Below, piece by piece: positions 1 to 8,140 of a DNA stretch of 64,000 bases; within the stretch, counting starts at the first letter, position 1, and each line of letters starts with the position of its first letter. Below the pieces are notes generated by a model. The model was not told the origin of the DNA. It worked only from the letters and a program-made list of their open reading frames with translations, and ran no database searches. Position numbers and translations under genes: made by a program. The DNA is taken from the NCBI GenBank assembly GCA_017462755.1, contig JAFTQM010000014.1, positions 2,316-66,315 on the forward strand. Direction: 5' to 3'. The DNA comes from Lachnospiraceae bacterium (GTDB lineage Bacteria; Bacillota; Clostridia; Lachnospirales; Lachnospiraceae).

Positions 1-2
1 CA

Positions 3-203
3 TTTGCGTTCCGCTTCCGTGATGGAGCGCAGATGGAGGAAGCGTATGAGAGCTTTCGAAATGCGTTGAATGCTTTGGAGCTTCCGAACGTGGAAAAGCA
101 GCAGTATTTGGATGGAAAAAGCAGCTATACTGCACAGGATGGCACGGTGCTGGAAATCAGCGCAGACGAGAGACGGATGCGTTTTGATGTGACGATACGA
201 TAA
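3..203 (+). CDS. 3' end of an upstream gene (partial, product unknown)
   Basis: Frame is open from the window edge to TAA at 201-203 (...ISADERRMRFDVTIR*). No start codon in the window and no recognisable motif. Confidence 0.3.
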   Translation, partial: FAFRFRDGAQMEEAYESFRNALNALELPNVEKQQYLDGKSSYTAQDGTVLEISADERRMRFDVTIR

Positions 204-235
204 GAGAAAATTGGTTTAGAACAAGGGGGAGTATT

Positions 236-1000
236 ATGGTATTTGAATTAAAGGATACAAGCAAAGCAGAGAAGCTCTTTGCGGGCTGGCAGGAAACCTT
301 GATTTGGTCGTGTCTGCAGGGAGTTATGGGCAATATTTATGTGACTTCGTTGGAGGAGCCGGAGTCTGCGGTGGCATGGCTTGGAGACTTCTGCTTTTTT
401 GCGGGAAAGCCGGAGAAGGAGCTGTTGCTGCATCAGCCGGATTGGAAGGAAAATATATTTCGGATCATGACGCCTCGGACAAAGGAATGGGAGACCTTGA
501 TTGAGGAAACCTTTGGCGAGCAGGCAATCCGTTGTACGAGATATGCCATCAAGAAAGAGCCGGAGATTTTTGATAAGGAAAAACTGCAAAGCATTGTGAA
601 AGGTTTACCTGTAGAATATGAAATTCGCAGGATGGACAGAGAGCTGTTTGAATATTCGAAGAAAACCGACTGGTGTATGGATTGGGTGTCGCAGTATGAC
701 AGCTACGAGATGTACGAAAAATGGGGCTTAGGTGTGCTTATCTTAAAGGATGGTGCAGTGGTAGCCGGTGCATCCTCGTATTCGAGCTATCAGGGCGGCA
801 TTGAAATCGAGATTGATACAAAGGAAGAATATCGCAGAAAGGGGCTTGCTTATATTTGCGGAGCAAAGCTGATTTTGGAGTGTCTTGAGCGTGGCTGGTA
901 TCCGAGCTGGGATGCGCAGAATCGGTGGTCGGTAGCGTTGGCAGAGAAGTTAGGCTATCATTTTGACCATGAATATACAGTGTATGAGCTGTTGGATTAG
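236..1000 (+). CDS. GNAT family N-acetyltransferase
   Basis: ORF-track 254 aa. AAGGGGGAG SD lies just upstream of the ATG. C-terminal acetyl-CoA-binding-type motif ...EEYRRKGLAYICGAKL... is typical of the GNAT fold. Confidence 0.7.
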   Translation: MVFELKDTSKAEKLFAGWQETLIWSCLQGVMGNIYVTSLEEPESAVAWLGDFCFFAGKPEKELLLHQPDWKENIFRIMTPRTKEWETLIEETFGEQAIRCTRYAIKKEPEIFDKEKLQSIVKGLPVEYEIRRMDRELFEYSKKTDWCMDWVSQYDSYEMYEKWGLGVLILKDGAVVAGASSYSSYQGGIEIEIDTKEEYRRKGLAYICGAKLILECLERGWYPSWDAQNRWSVALAEKLGYHFDHEYTVYELLD

Positions 1001-1129
1001 CGGGAAGGAGGATATTTATATATGGGAAAAGATGTTATGTTTGCATAGCAACCGGCTATTGCAATAAAATTTAAAATTGTTATAGCCGTTGCGAATCCTA
1101 AAAGTAAAATAATGATTTAGGAGGCAAAC

Positions 1130-1399
1130 ATGGGCTATATAAGAGCAGAAGAAATTCTGCCGGAAGAAATTATAGAATTGATACAGCAGTATGTGGATGG
1201 ACAAAATATTTATATTCCGCGTAAGGAGGAGCATCGCAAGGAATGGGGGGCGACCACCGGAACGCGCAAGGAGCTGGCGAACAGAAACCAAAAGATTTAT
1301 CGGGATTTTGTGAAGGGAAGCACGGTAGCTGAGTTAGCGGCAAGGTATTATTTGTCTGAAAAGAGCATACAGAGAGTGGTGCGGACAATGCGGGCGTAA
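1130..1399 (+). CDS. Small Mor/CD3324-family HTH protein (putative transcriptional regulator)
   Basis: 89 aa with AGGAGG SD. C-terminal helix-turn-helix-like GSTVAELAARYYLSEKSIQRVV. Followed by an intrinsic terminator. Confidence 0.55.
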   Translation: MGYIRAEEILPEEIIELIQQYVDGQNIYIPRKEEHRKEWGATTGTRKELANRNQKIYRDFVKGSTVAELAARYYLSEKSIQRVVRTMRA

Positions 1400-1440
1400 A
1401 ATAGACAGTGCTTCGTGCGACAAAGTATCGAAAGAGGAGG

Positions 1441-1486
1441 CCTCGAAAGCAGAAACTACGCTGTTTTCGAGGTGTTTTATTATTTG
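1441..1486 (+). terminator. Rho-independent terminator
   Basis: 12-bp stem CCTCGAAAGCAG / CTGTTTTCGAGG (one G-U pair), 8-nt loop, then TGTTTTATTATTT. Confidence 0.7.
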
Positions 1487-1648
1487 AAACCGTTCGGAGG
1501 CTTGCACAATTGAGTGAAAGCAAATGCTGTCGCACTCAAGTTCATTTCGAAAAATTTTTGAGCTGGATATTTGGAATATCAACTGATAGAATGAAAATAG
1601 TATTTCGAGGTGTCGAAAGCAAAATGTGAAAGCGGGAAGGTGAAGGAA

Positions 1649-2572
1649 ATGAAGGAATTAGCGGTAATCAAAAATTACAGAAACGACGAAGCGTTGCGCC
1701 ACAGCTTCAACGAGCTGGCAAAAAAGACCTTCTGGATTGATTTTGAGGATTGGTATCAAAACGGCTATTGGACGGATAAGTACAATCCGTATTCGATTGT
1801 ACTGGACGGCAAGGTGGTGGCGAATGTGTCGGTAAATCAGACCGATATTGCTATGACGCCGGAGGTCGCACGGGCAATGGGGCTGAGCGAGGGTACGGAT
1901 GCGCAGGAACGAGTTCTGCATTATATTCAGCTGGGAACGGTTATGACCGACGAAGCGTATCGGGGCAAGGGACTTAGCCGTCGCATTATGGAAGAAATCA
2001 TGAAGGATTATCCGGATGCAGACGGTATGTATCTGTTCGGCAATGATAATGTGTGTGAATTTTATCCGAAGTTCGGCTTCTGTCCGGTAAAGCATTATGA
2101 ATATGTCAAGGAGGTACATACAGCATCAGAGCCGACGATGAAACAGGTGCCGATGAAGGAGCGGGCCGACTGGGATAAGCTGCAGGCAGCCATTGAGCGC
2201 AGTTATCATCAGTCTGTGTTTGAGATGGTAAACAACAGCGAGCTGAATATGTTCTATGTGACGAAATATATGCAGGACGACGTATATTTCAGTGAGGAGC
2301 TGGATGCTTATGTGATTGCGGAAATCGAGGATGGTGAGCTGACGGTGAATATGGTCATCTCGGAAAAGCCGCAGGATATGAATCGCATTGTAGAGGGCTT
2401 CGGCAAGGAAATCCGCAGAGCAGTGCTTGGCTTTACCCCGCAGGATGCGACCGGCTTTGAATTGAGAGAAGCAGAGCAGGTGCGCGAGGACTGTACCTTT
2501 TTTGTAAAGGGAGAGGGAATTGCACGGATTGCAGAGGCAAAGGTAATGTTTCCGCTTTTGGCACATGCGTAG
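1649..2572 (+). CDS. GNAT family N-acetyltransferase
   Basis: ORF-track 1610..2572 starts at GTG. I prefer ATG 1649 (MKELAVIKNY...), which has GGAAGG SD about 8 nt upstream. GNAT motif ...YRGKGLSRRIMEEI... Confidence 0.7.
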   Translation: MKELAVIKNYRNDEALRHSFNELAKKTFWIDFEDWYQNGYWTDKYNPYSIVLDGKVVANVSVNQTDIAMTPEVARAMGLSEGTDAQERVLHYIQLGTVMTDEAYRGKGLSRRIMEEIMKDYPDADGMYLFGNDNVCEFYPKFGFCPVKHYEYVKEVHTASEPTMKQVPMKERADWDKLQAAIERSYHQSVFEMVNNSELNMFYVTKYMQDDVYFSEELDAYVIAEIEDGELTVNMVISEKPQDMNRIVEGFGKEIRRAVLGFTPQDATGFELREAEQVREDCTFFVKGEGIARIAEAKVMFPLLAHA

Positions 2573-2632
2573 GAGAAGTAGTGTTGAAGTCTGTTAAGAC
2601 ATTAGTAATCTCAAAATTATTTATATTAAAAA

Positions 2633-2660
2633 TGAACCATTCCATGCGAAAATCCGTCTA
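2633..2660 (+). promoter_or_regulatory. Putative ECF-sigma-type promoter (TGAACC-N16-CGTCTA) upstream of the sigma gene
   Basis: GAAC at 2634-2637 and CGTC at 2655-2658 are separated by 17 nt, about 90 nt upstream of ATG 2749. This matches the general ECF -35 AAC / -10 CGT architecture. Confidence 0.45.
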
Positions 2661-2748
2661 TATAGGTGAAAATCGATTTTCTGATATTTGTGGCGCCGCT
2701 TCGCGACAAGGCGCTCAAAAATGAAGATAGACGGAAGGTGGTGGTGAT

Positions 2749-4077
2749 ATGAGTTGCTTTGAAGAACTGTTGGATAAAAATCGCAGTCCGGTGGAGCGTT
2801 TTGTAAGGTTTCGGCTAAGTTCCAGGGAAGATGCAGAGGATGTGTTACAGGAAATATTTCTGACGGCATATCAAAGGTTTGAACAGTTAAAAAGCGAAGC
2901 GTCCTTTCAGGCGTGGATACTCAGTATTGCAAGAAACAAATGCAATGATTATTTCCGAAAGAAAGCGCTGGATTTGGAGATTCCGGTCGAGGAAATTACT
3001 GAGCGAGAGCTGTCCTATGGCAGGCATGGTATTTCGGAGGTAGCGGTTGTCAGGGAAACGTTGAACCTGCTGAGTGAAAAGGATAAGCGGATTCTTTATC
3101 TGTATTATTGGAAAGAACTTCCGCAAGCAGAAATTGCGAAGACTTTGCAGCTTCCGCTCGGAACTGTAAAGAGTCGCCTGCATACTGCAAAACAGAATTT
3201 TAAAAACAAATACCCATATCACAAGGCTGGTAGTGCGGAGCACATCACGAATGGATTGCAGATACAAATGGGAGATTTGTATCCTGCGCATGGAATGGAG
3301 GTCATTATGAAGAGATTACCTGAATTTTTACCGGAGTATAAGCTTGAACCAAGTGAGAAGGCACCATTTGCAGTAAAGTGGGAAGAACTGATGGGATGGT
3401 TTTTGGTTCCGAAGCTTGGAGAGAAGCTGTCTTGGGGAATGTATGATATTCCGTCCCGCAAATGCAGCCATATCTATGATATGCAAGTGACAGGAAAGGC
3501 AATGGTGCATGGTATCGAAGGTGTGGAGCTGACGGCGCGTGAGGCTGCATATTCCGACAAGGAGGATGTGGTAGAGCGTACCTTTGTAGCGCAATTGACG
3601 GATACGCATTGTCGTTATCTTGCTACATTGAGAAACGATGGTGATATCAGAAATTATATTACTTTTTTGGATGGTGAAGCTTTCCTGGCAAACTGGGGCT
3701 TTGGTGAGGATAATTGCGGAAACGAGACAAATCTGACTCCGAAGGGGGATATCCAAAGAAACGGCAGTGCGATTACTTCGGCAAAGAAGGATTTCCTGTT
3801 GGATATTGTTGGACGCTATACGGTTACTATTAACGGTAAGAGCTATGATACGGTTTGTGTGATGGACATCGAAACCTACAATTGCGGTGTGGTGTCGGAG
3901 CAGTTTTTGGATGCGAACGGCAGGACGATTTTGTGGCGCCGCTTCAACCGAAATGACTGGGCAATGGAGCGCTATCAGAAGAAGTGGACGGAGCAGTTGC
4001 CGGAGAACGAGCGACTTACCATCAATGGGGAAACCTATGTGCATTGGTATGACTGTATTACGGATTATGTGCTATAA
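2749..4077 (+). CDS. ECF-type sigma-70 family RNA polymerase sigma factor fused to a ~256-aa C-terminal domain of unknown function
   Basis: Single 442-aa ORF. The N-terminal ~165 aa carry region 2 (DVLQEIFLTAYQRF...AWILSIARNKCNDYFRK) and region 4 (LYLYYWKELPQAEIAKTLQLPLGTVKSRLHTAK). The remainder has no TM segment and no recognisable motif. An internal GGAGG (3297-3301) precedes in-frame ATG 3307. Confidence 0.75.
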   Translation: MSCFEELLDKNRSPVERFVRFRLSSREDAEDVLQEIFLTAYQRFEQLKSEASFQAWILSIARNKCNDYFRKKALDLEIPVEEITERELSYGRHGISEVAVVRETLNLLSEKDKRILYLYYWKELPQAEIAKTLQLPLGTVKSRLHTAKQNFKNKYPYHKAGSAEHITNGLQIQMGDLYPAHGMEVIMKRLPEFLPEYKLEPSEKAPFAVKWEELMGWFLVPKLGEKLSWGMYDIPSRKCSHIYDMQVTGKAMVHGIEGVELTAREAAYSDKEDVVERTFVAQLTDTHCRYLATLRNDGDIRNYITFLDGEAFLANWGFGEDNCGNETNLTPKGDIQRNGSAITSAKKDFLLDIVGRYTVTINGKSYDTVCVMDIETYNCGVVSEQFLDANGRTILWRRFNRNDWAMERYQKKWTEQLPENERLTINGETYVHWYDCITDYVL

Positions 4078-4089
4078 CTCCGCCGGCGG

Positions 4090-4443
4090 GTGTGTAGATG
4101 CGTGGCTGCATTCGAGGATGGAAAAATGGTCGGCTTTTTGTGTTGCTACAGACCGTGGGAGGGTGCTTTCGGTTCTACTGCACGAGGCACATTTTCGCCG
4201 ATTCACGCACATGGCGCAGTATCGGAAAACAGGGAGAGGACATATTGCAGGATGTATCAGGCAGCGGCAGCAAAATGGGTAGCGCATCGAATTACATATC
4301 ACGCAATGGCTATATATGCACGTGATGACGTCGCATTGCGAGCGGTGCTTGGAGCAAGTATTTTACACCTTATACACATAGCGTGGTGTGCAGGATTGAC
4401 GAATGCGCGTTGTGCGGTACGGAGAACAAATAGCAGAGAGTAA
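4090..4443 (+). pseudogene. Probable decayed fragment of a GNAT-type acetyltransferase
   Basis: 117-aa ORF. The first ~80 aa (VAAFEDGKMVGFLCCYRPWEGAFGS...HAHGAVSENRERTYCRMYQAAAAKWV) resemble an internal part of acetyltransferase-like proteins. The tail looks like out-of-frame sequence. No SD, and an alternative frame (4098..4325) is also open. Confidence 0.3.
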
Positions 4444-4450
4444 ATAACAA

Positions 4451-4486
4451 AAAATCTGCCCACCGGAGAGTGGGCAGATTTTTTGT
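4451..4486 (+). terminator. Rho-independent terminator (A-tract / hairpin / T-tract, potentially bidirectional)
   Basis: AAAATCTGCCCAC cggaga GTGGGCAGATTTTTTG. Confidence 0.75.
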
Positions 4487-4566
4487 TATGCTTGCTCAGC
4501 AGTCGTTAGAATTTATTCTGTAAACACCTCGGATTATAAAATTCATTATTTATTAAGAAGGAATAT

Positions 4567-4595
4567 TTGATAAAAAATATCAGATATGATAAAAT
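4567..4595 (+). promoter_or_regulatory. Sigma-A-type promoter for the Abi gene
   Basis: -35 TTGATA (4567-4572), 17-nt spacer, extended -10 TGaTAAAAT (4587-4595). Predicts a ~120-nt leader. Confidence 0.5.
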
Positions 4596-4725
4596 AAATA
4601 CGAATTTAGGAAAATAATATCAGTGCATAGAACTATGCGTCCAATGCCAGTGTGTTTGGCAAAACTATTAGAAGAATATTTTATTTAGGTATTAACATAG
4701 CTACAATGGAAATGTGAGGAGAAGA

Positions 4726-5703
4726 ATGAATAGAACAGATAAACCGAAGATGACATCAAAAGCATTAGTAGGTAAATTGCGTGACGAAAAGGGTGTCTCA
4801 TTTAATTATGTAACAGAAGATAACGCAGAAAAGTATTTAGCGCAAACAAATAATTATTTGCGTACTGCGGCATATAGAAAAAATTATCAGAAATACCTAA
4901 ATGGTCCTTCAAAAGGAAAATACATTGACTTGGATTTTGCATATTTACAAGAACTGTCGACGGTAGACATGCATCTAAGAAATCTGGTTACAAAGATGTG
5001 CATTGATATTGAACACGACCTGAAGGTGCTGCTCTTGGAAAATCTTGAAAATGATGTCAGTGAAGACGGTTACTCTATAGTTGATAATTTTTTAGGCAAT
5101 AATCCATATATTGTTGGCAAAATAGAAGCTACCAGTGCATCTCCGTTTACCGGAAACTTAATTAGTAAGTACTTTACGGTTCGGAGGGTATATAATGCTC
5201 AGAATGGAAAAACGGAGAATAAAATTACTGCGTTTGATTGTCCTGCGTGGGTGTTGGTGGAATTATTAAGTTTTGGAGATTTTATTCGTTTTTACGAATA
5301 CTACTATGGATTAAAAGGAGGTATGCCGGTTGACATACCTATGATTAATCTAGTGAAGAGTTTAAGAAATGGATGTGCACATAATAATTGTATTATTGCT
5401 GATTTGAATTCGGGAAGTTCTGTAGCACCAGCAGCAATATATCGAATAGTTAAAACAATGCCAGATATAAACAAAAATCAGAGACAAAAAAAATTGGCTT
5501 GTCGTGCGATTTTAGAGTTTGTTAGTATGCTTTGCGTATATGATGTGATTGTATCTGAAAAGGTAAAAAAGAATCGAATCAAAGAACTTAAGCAACTGTT
5601 TGATGTTCGAATAAAAGAAAAAAAGGGATTTTTCAAAAAGAATCAGTTGATAACAAGCACATTTGATTTCGTTTACAAAGTGATAAAGAATTTGTTTGGA
5701 TGA
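4726..5703 (+). CDS. Abi family (Abi_2; AbiD/AbiF-like) abortive-infection protein
   Basis: ORF-track 4714..5703 starts at GTG. ATG 4726 follows GAGGAG. Family hallmarks are ...LSFGDFIRFYEYYY... and ...LRNGCAHNNCII... (the RNxxAH motif of Abi_2 proteins). AT-rich codon usage differs from the neighbours. Confidence 0.8.
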   Translation: MNRTDKPKMTSKALVGKLRDEKGVSFNYVTEDNAEKYLAQTNNYLRTAAYRKNYQKYLNGPSKGKYIDLDFAYLQELSTVDMHLRNLVTKMCIDIEHDLKVLLLENLENDVSEDGYSIVDNFLGNNPYIVGKIEATSASPFTGNLISKYFTVRRVYNAQNGKTENKITAFDCPAWVLVELLSFGDFIRFYEYYYGLKGGMPVDIPMINLVKSLRNGCAHNNCIIADLNSGSSVAPAAIYRIVKTMPDINKNQRQKKLACRAILEFVSMLCVYDVIVSEKVKKNRIKELKQLFDVRIKEKKGFFKKNQLITSTFDFVYKVIKNLFG

Positions 5704-5730
5704 TTTTGAGGTGGATTTTTTTGAAAAGTA

Positions 5731-5759
5731 TTGACTTTTGCAAAAAAACTACATATACT
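5731..5759 (+). promoter_or_regulatory. Orphan sigma-A-like promoter downstream of the Abi gene
   Basis: -35 TTGACT (5731-5736), 17-nt spacer, -10 TATACT (5754-5759). No ORF follows, only an 18-nt perfect palindrome (5774-5791) and a GC-rich hairpin plus T-run (5797-5828). It could be a chance match in AT-rich DNA. Confidence 0.3.
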
Positions 5760-5908
5760 ATTAACAGAATCATAAAACACATATGTGTTTTTGTAAGGGC
5801 GGCGTTGCGACGGCGCTCTATTTTTTTATGTTAAAGGAAAGTAGCCGCTAAGCGACTGTTTCCTTTAACATAAAATCCTTCGGGGGATGCAAAGCGAACT
5901 CTTTTTCA

Positions 5909-8122
5909 TTATGCTTGCGCGGCAGCTGTTTCTTCGTTGCTGACCTTCTGCATTTCTAACTGTGCAGTTACCAGACCGTAGTAGATGCCCTGCTTTTCCA
6001 TCAGTTCATTGTGTGTACCGATTTCCGCAATGCTGTGTCCGTCAATGACTACCAGACGGTCCGCATCCTTTAAGGTAGATAAGCGGTGTGCGATAGCGAA
6101 GGTGGTACGCCCGTTGGTCAGACGCTCCAGTGCTTTTTGAATCAGGTACTCGCTTTCGGTATCAAGGCTGGCAGTGGCTTCGTCGAGAATCAGCAGCTTT
6201 GGCTGGTTCAGAATCGCGCGGGCGATTGCGATACGCTGGCGTTCACCACCGGAAAGATTGAAGCCGCGTTCTCCGACATAGGTATTGTAGCCGTCCGGAG
6301 TACGGCAGATAAAATCATGTGCGTTTGCCATCTTGGCAGCGCGGATAACCTCTTCGTAGGTCGCATCCGGCTTTGCGAAGCGGATGTTGTTGAGAATCGT
6401 GCCGGAGAACAGGAAGGTTTCCTGCAATACCACACCAATCTGCGAATGATAATTTTCCAGACGAATCTTCTTGATGTCGGTGCCGTCAATCAGCAGTTCG
6501 CCGTCATCCAGCTCATACAGGTGCATGATGAGGTTAATCATGGTGGACTTACCGGTACCGGAAGCACCCACGAGACCAATCATTTCACCTGGCTTGACCG
6601 AGAGGCTGATCTTTTCAAGCACCGGCTTGTAGGATTTATAGCCGAAGGTGGCATTCTTAAATTCTACCGCACCGCGAATATCAATGTCGGTAGCGTCTTT
6701 ATCATCCACAATCCGCGGCTCCTGATTCATAACATCGTTGATACGCTCTAAGCTGTTTACCAAATCCATCAGACGACGCGGCAGATTGGTCAGCCAGTCG
6801 AGGTACATGTACAGCATCGAGGTATAATTGATAAACTGTAACAGCTCACCGGTCGTTTTGGTGCCGTTCAGTACGGACACACCGCCAAAATAGGTAATCA
6901 GATAGACTCCGGCACCGATGGTAAAGGAGAGCAGCGGATAGAAAATCGCCCAGAAGGTTTCGTTTCTGCGCTGAACGGCTGCAAAATCATCGGACAGCTC
7001 GTCGAATTTTTTGGACTCGGTTTCTTCCTTACCGTAGGATTTTACGACATTCATACCGGAAATAACGTCCTGCAGGGAGCTGTTCACATCATCGTTTTTT
7101 TGCCACTGACGGTGAAATCTGCGGTGGATGTTGTGGCGGAAGGCGTTGGAAATGAAAATCGAAATCGGGATAAACAAAAACGCCATCAATGCCAGCTTTA
7201 CATCCAGAATCAGCATGTATACAACGTCGAAAATAAAAATCACACAAACCGTAAATAGATTACAGAATACGTCCTCCATAAACTGTTTTACGCGGGTCGT
7301 ATCGCGAACAACGCGGTTCATCAGCTCACCGGGTCTGCGGTCGTTGATGAAGGAGAGTGACAGTACCTGAATTTTGTGGTAGAGCTTTGCACGCAAATCC
7401 ATACTAATCATCGAGCCCAGCTTGGAGCACAGGTAAGCCTTGGAGATATTGATGATGACCATGAAGAGACTCAGTGCAAAAATCATGCCAAGGAAGAAGA
7501 ATGCCTGAGACAGGGTTCCTTTCTTATCCGTCAGTACATCGTCAATTAAGTGCTTTTGAATCTCCGGATTTAACAGAGTAATTACTGCGGCAAGCAGCAT
7601 AATGAACACAATCAGTGCCAGCTGCTTCTTATATGGTGCCAGCATGGAGAGAAATTCGTGGACAAAGCCGCCGCTTTTCTTGGCGCAGTGTGGACATTCT
7701 CTGGTACCCGGCAGGGCGCGGTGACAGTTTGGACAGGTCTTTTCGTATTCCTCGCTGGAGACGAGCTTGGTGCTGCCCTCTAATAACAGGGTACAGCCGC
7801 GCGCTACATAGGAGAAGCGTGCCAGATGCTTTGCAGAAAAGCGTGCAGCGATTTCTTCCTTGCCCTGAACGGTAACAATCAACAGACCGCAGTCAATCTG
7901 AGGTTCACTGTCGATTTTGTCACAATCGGACAGCAGATATTGCTTGCGCAGCGTTCCTTCTTCCAACAGTACTAAGCGCTTGTCGGTTACTACCGCATAG
8001 GAGTTGGACAAAAACCTGCCGTCCGCAGTAATATCATAAGGTACTGCATAGCAGATGCGCTCATTTGGAGCCAGTGCAAGCAGCTGCTGATTTTCTTTTG
8101 ATAAATCAAAATTTAGTATCAT
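5909..8122 (-). CDS. ABC transporter ATP-binding/permease protein (type I exporter) with an N-terminal cytoplasmic domain containing a Cys4 zinc ribbon
   Basis: 737 aa with AGAGGAAACC SD. N-terminal ~165 aa precede TM1 and include CPNCHRALPGTRECPHC. Six-TM exporter domain. Walker A GASGTGKST, signature LSGGERQR, Walker B LLILDEATS. Confidence 0.85.
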   Translation of the reverse strand: MILNFDLSKENQQLLALAPNERICYAVPYDITADGRFLSNSYAVVTDKRLVLLEEGTLRKQYLLSDCDKIDSEPQIDCGLLIVTVQGKEEIAARFSAKHLARFSYVARGCTLLLEGSTKLVSSEEYEKTCPNCHRALPGTRECPHCAKKSGGFVHEFLSMLAPYKKQLALIVFIMLLAAVITLLNPEIQKHLIDDVLTDKKGTLSQAFFFLGMIFALSLFMVIINISKAYLCSKLGSMISMDLRAKLYHKIQVLSLSFINDRRPGELMNRVVRDTTRVKQFMEDVFCNLFTVCVIFIFDVVYMLILDVKLALMAFLFIPISIFISNAFRHNIHRRFHRQWQKNDDVNSSLQDVISGMNVVKSYGKEETESKKFDELSDDFAAVQRRNETFWAIFYPLLSFTIGAGVYLITYFGGVSVLNGTKTTGELLQFINYTSMLYMYLDWLTNLPRRLMDLVNSLERINDVMNQEPRIVDDKDATDIDIRGAVEFKNATFGYKSYKPVLEKISLSVKPGEMIGLVGASGTGKSTMINLIMHLYELDDGELLIDGTDIKKIRLENYHSQIGVVLQETFLFSGTILNNIRFAKPDATYEEVIRAAKMANAHDFICRTPDGYNTYVGERGFNLSGGERQRIAIARAILNQPKLLILDEATASLDTESEYLIQKALERLTNGRTTFAIAHRLSTLKDADRLVVIDGHSIAEIGTHNELMEKQGIYYGLVTAQLEMQKVSNEETAAAQA

Positions 8123-8140
8123 GGTTTCCTCTTTTCTGTA

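Larger units (their letters stand above)
4490..5900. other. Low-GC insertion island carrying a single Abi_2 gene
   Basis: By eye, sampled lines inside have roughly 25-40% G+C versus about 50-55% in the flanks. This was not computed over the whole segment. The island is bounded by the terminator at 4451-4486 and the hairpins at 5797-5873. Confidence 0.5.

Noticed and set aside
1487-1648. Possible riboswitch or ncRNA in the 250-nt gap before the second GNAT gene (repeated TCGAAAG words, 7-bp hairpin TTGAGTG...CACTCAA at ~1511-1540).
   Set aside because: I see no resemblance to a riboswitch class I know. The stems are short with large loops, and the repeated words are short enough to be chance.
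3328-4044. Long antisense or alternate-frame ORFs in the track. Examples: 3328..4044 -, 6086..6751 +, 10267..10860 +, 13801..14307 +, 18778..19545 +, 24124..24777 -, 27237..27938 -, 36072..36629 -, 50487..51230 -, 59691..60272 +.
   Set aside because: Each lies entirely inside a much longer ORF on the other strand or frame that has clear family motifs and an SD site. They have odd composition (Arg/Cys/His-rich or low complexity) and no SD, so they are shadow ORFs.
5828-5873. 14-bp hairpin between the Abi gene and the convergent ABC gene, considered as a bidirectional terminator.
   Set aside because: No U-run follows the stem on either strand (the T-run precedes it on the plus strand). I mention it under the small-RNA finding but do not call it a terminator.
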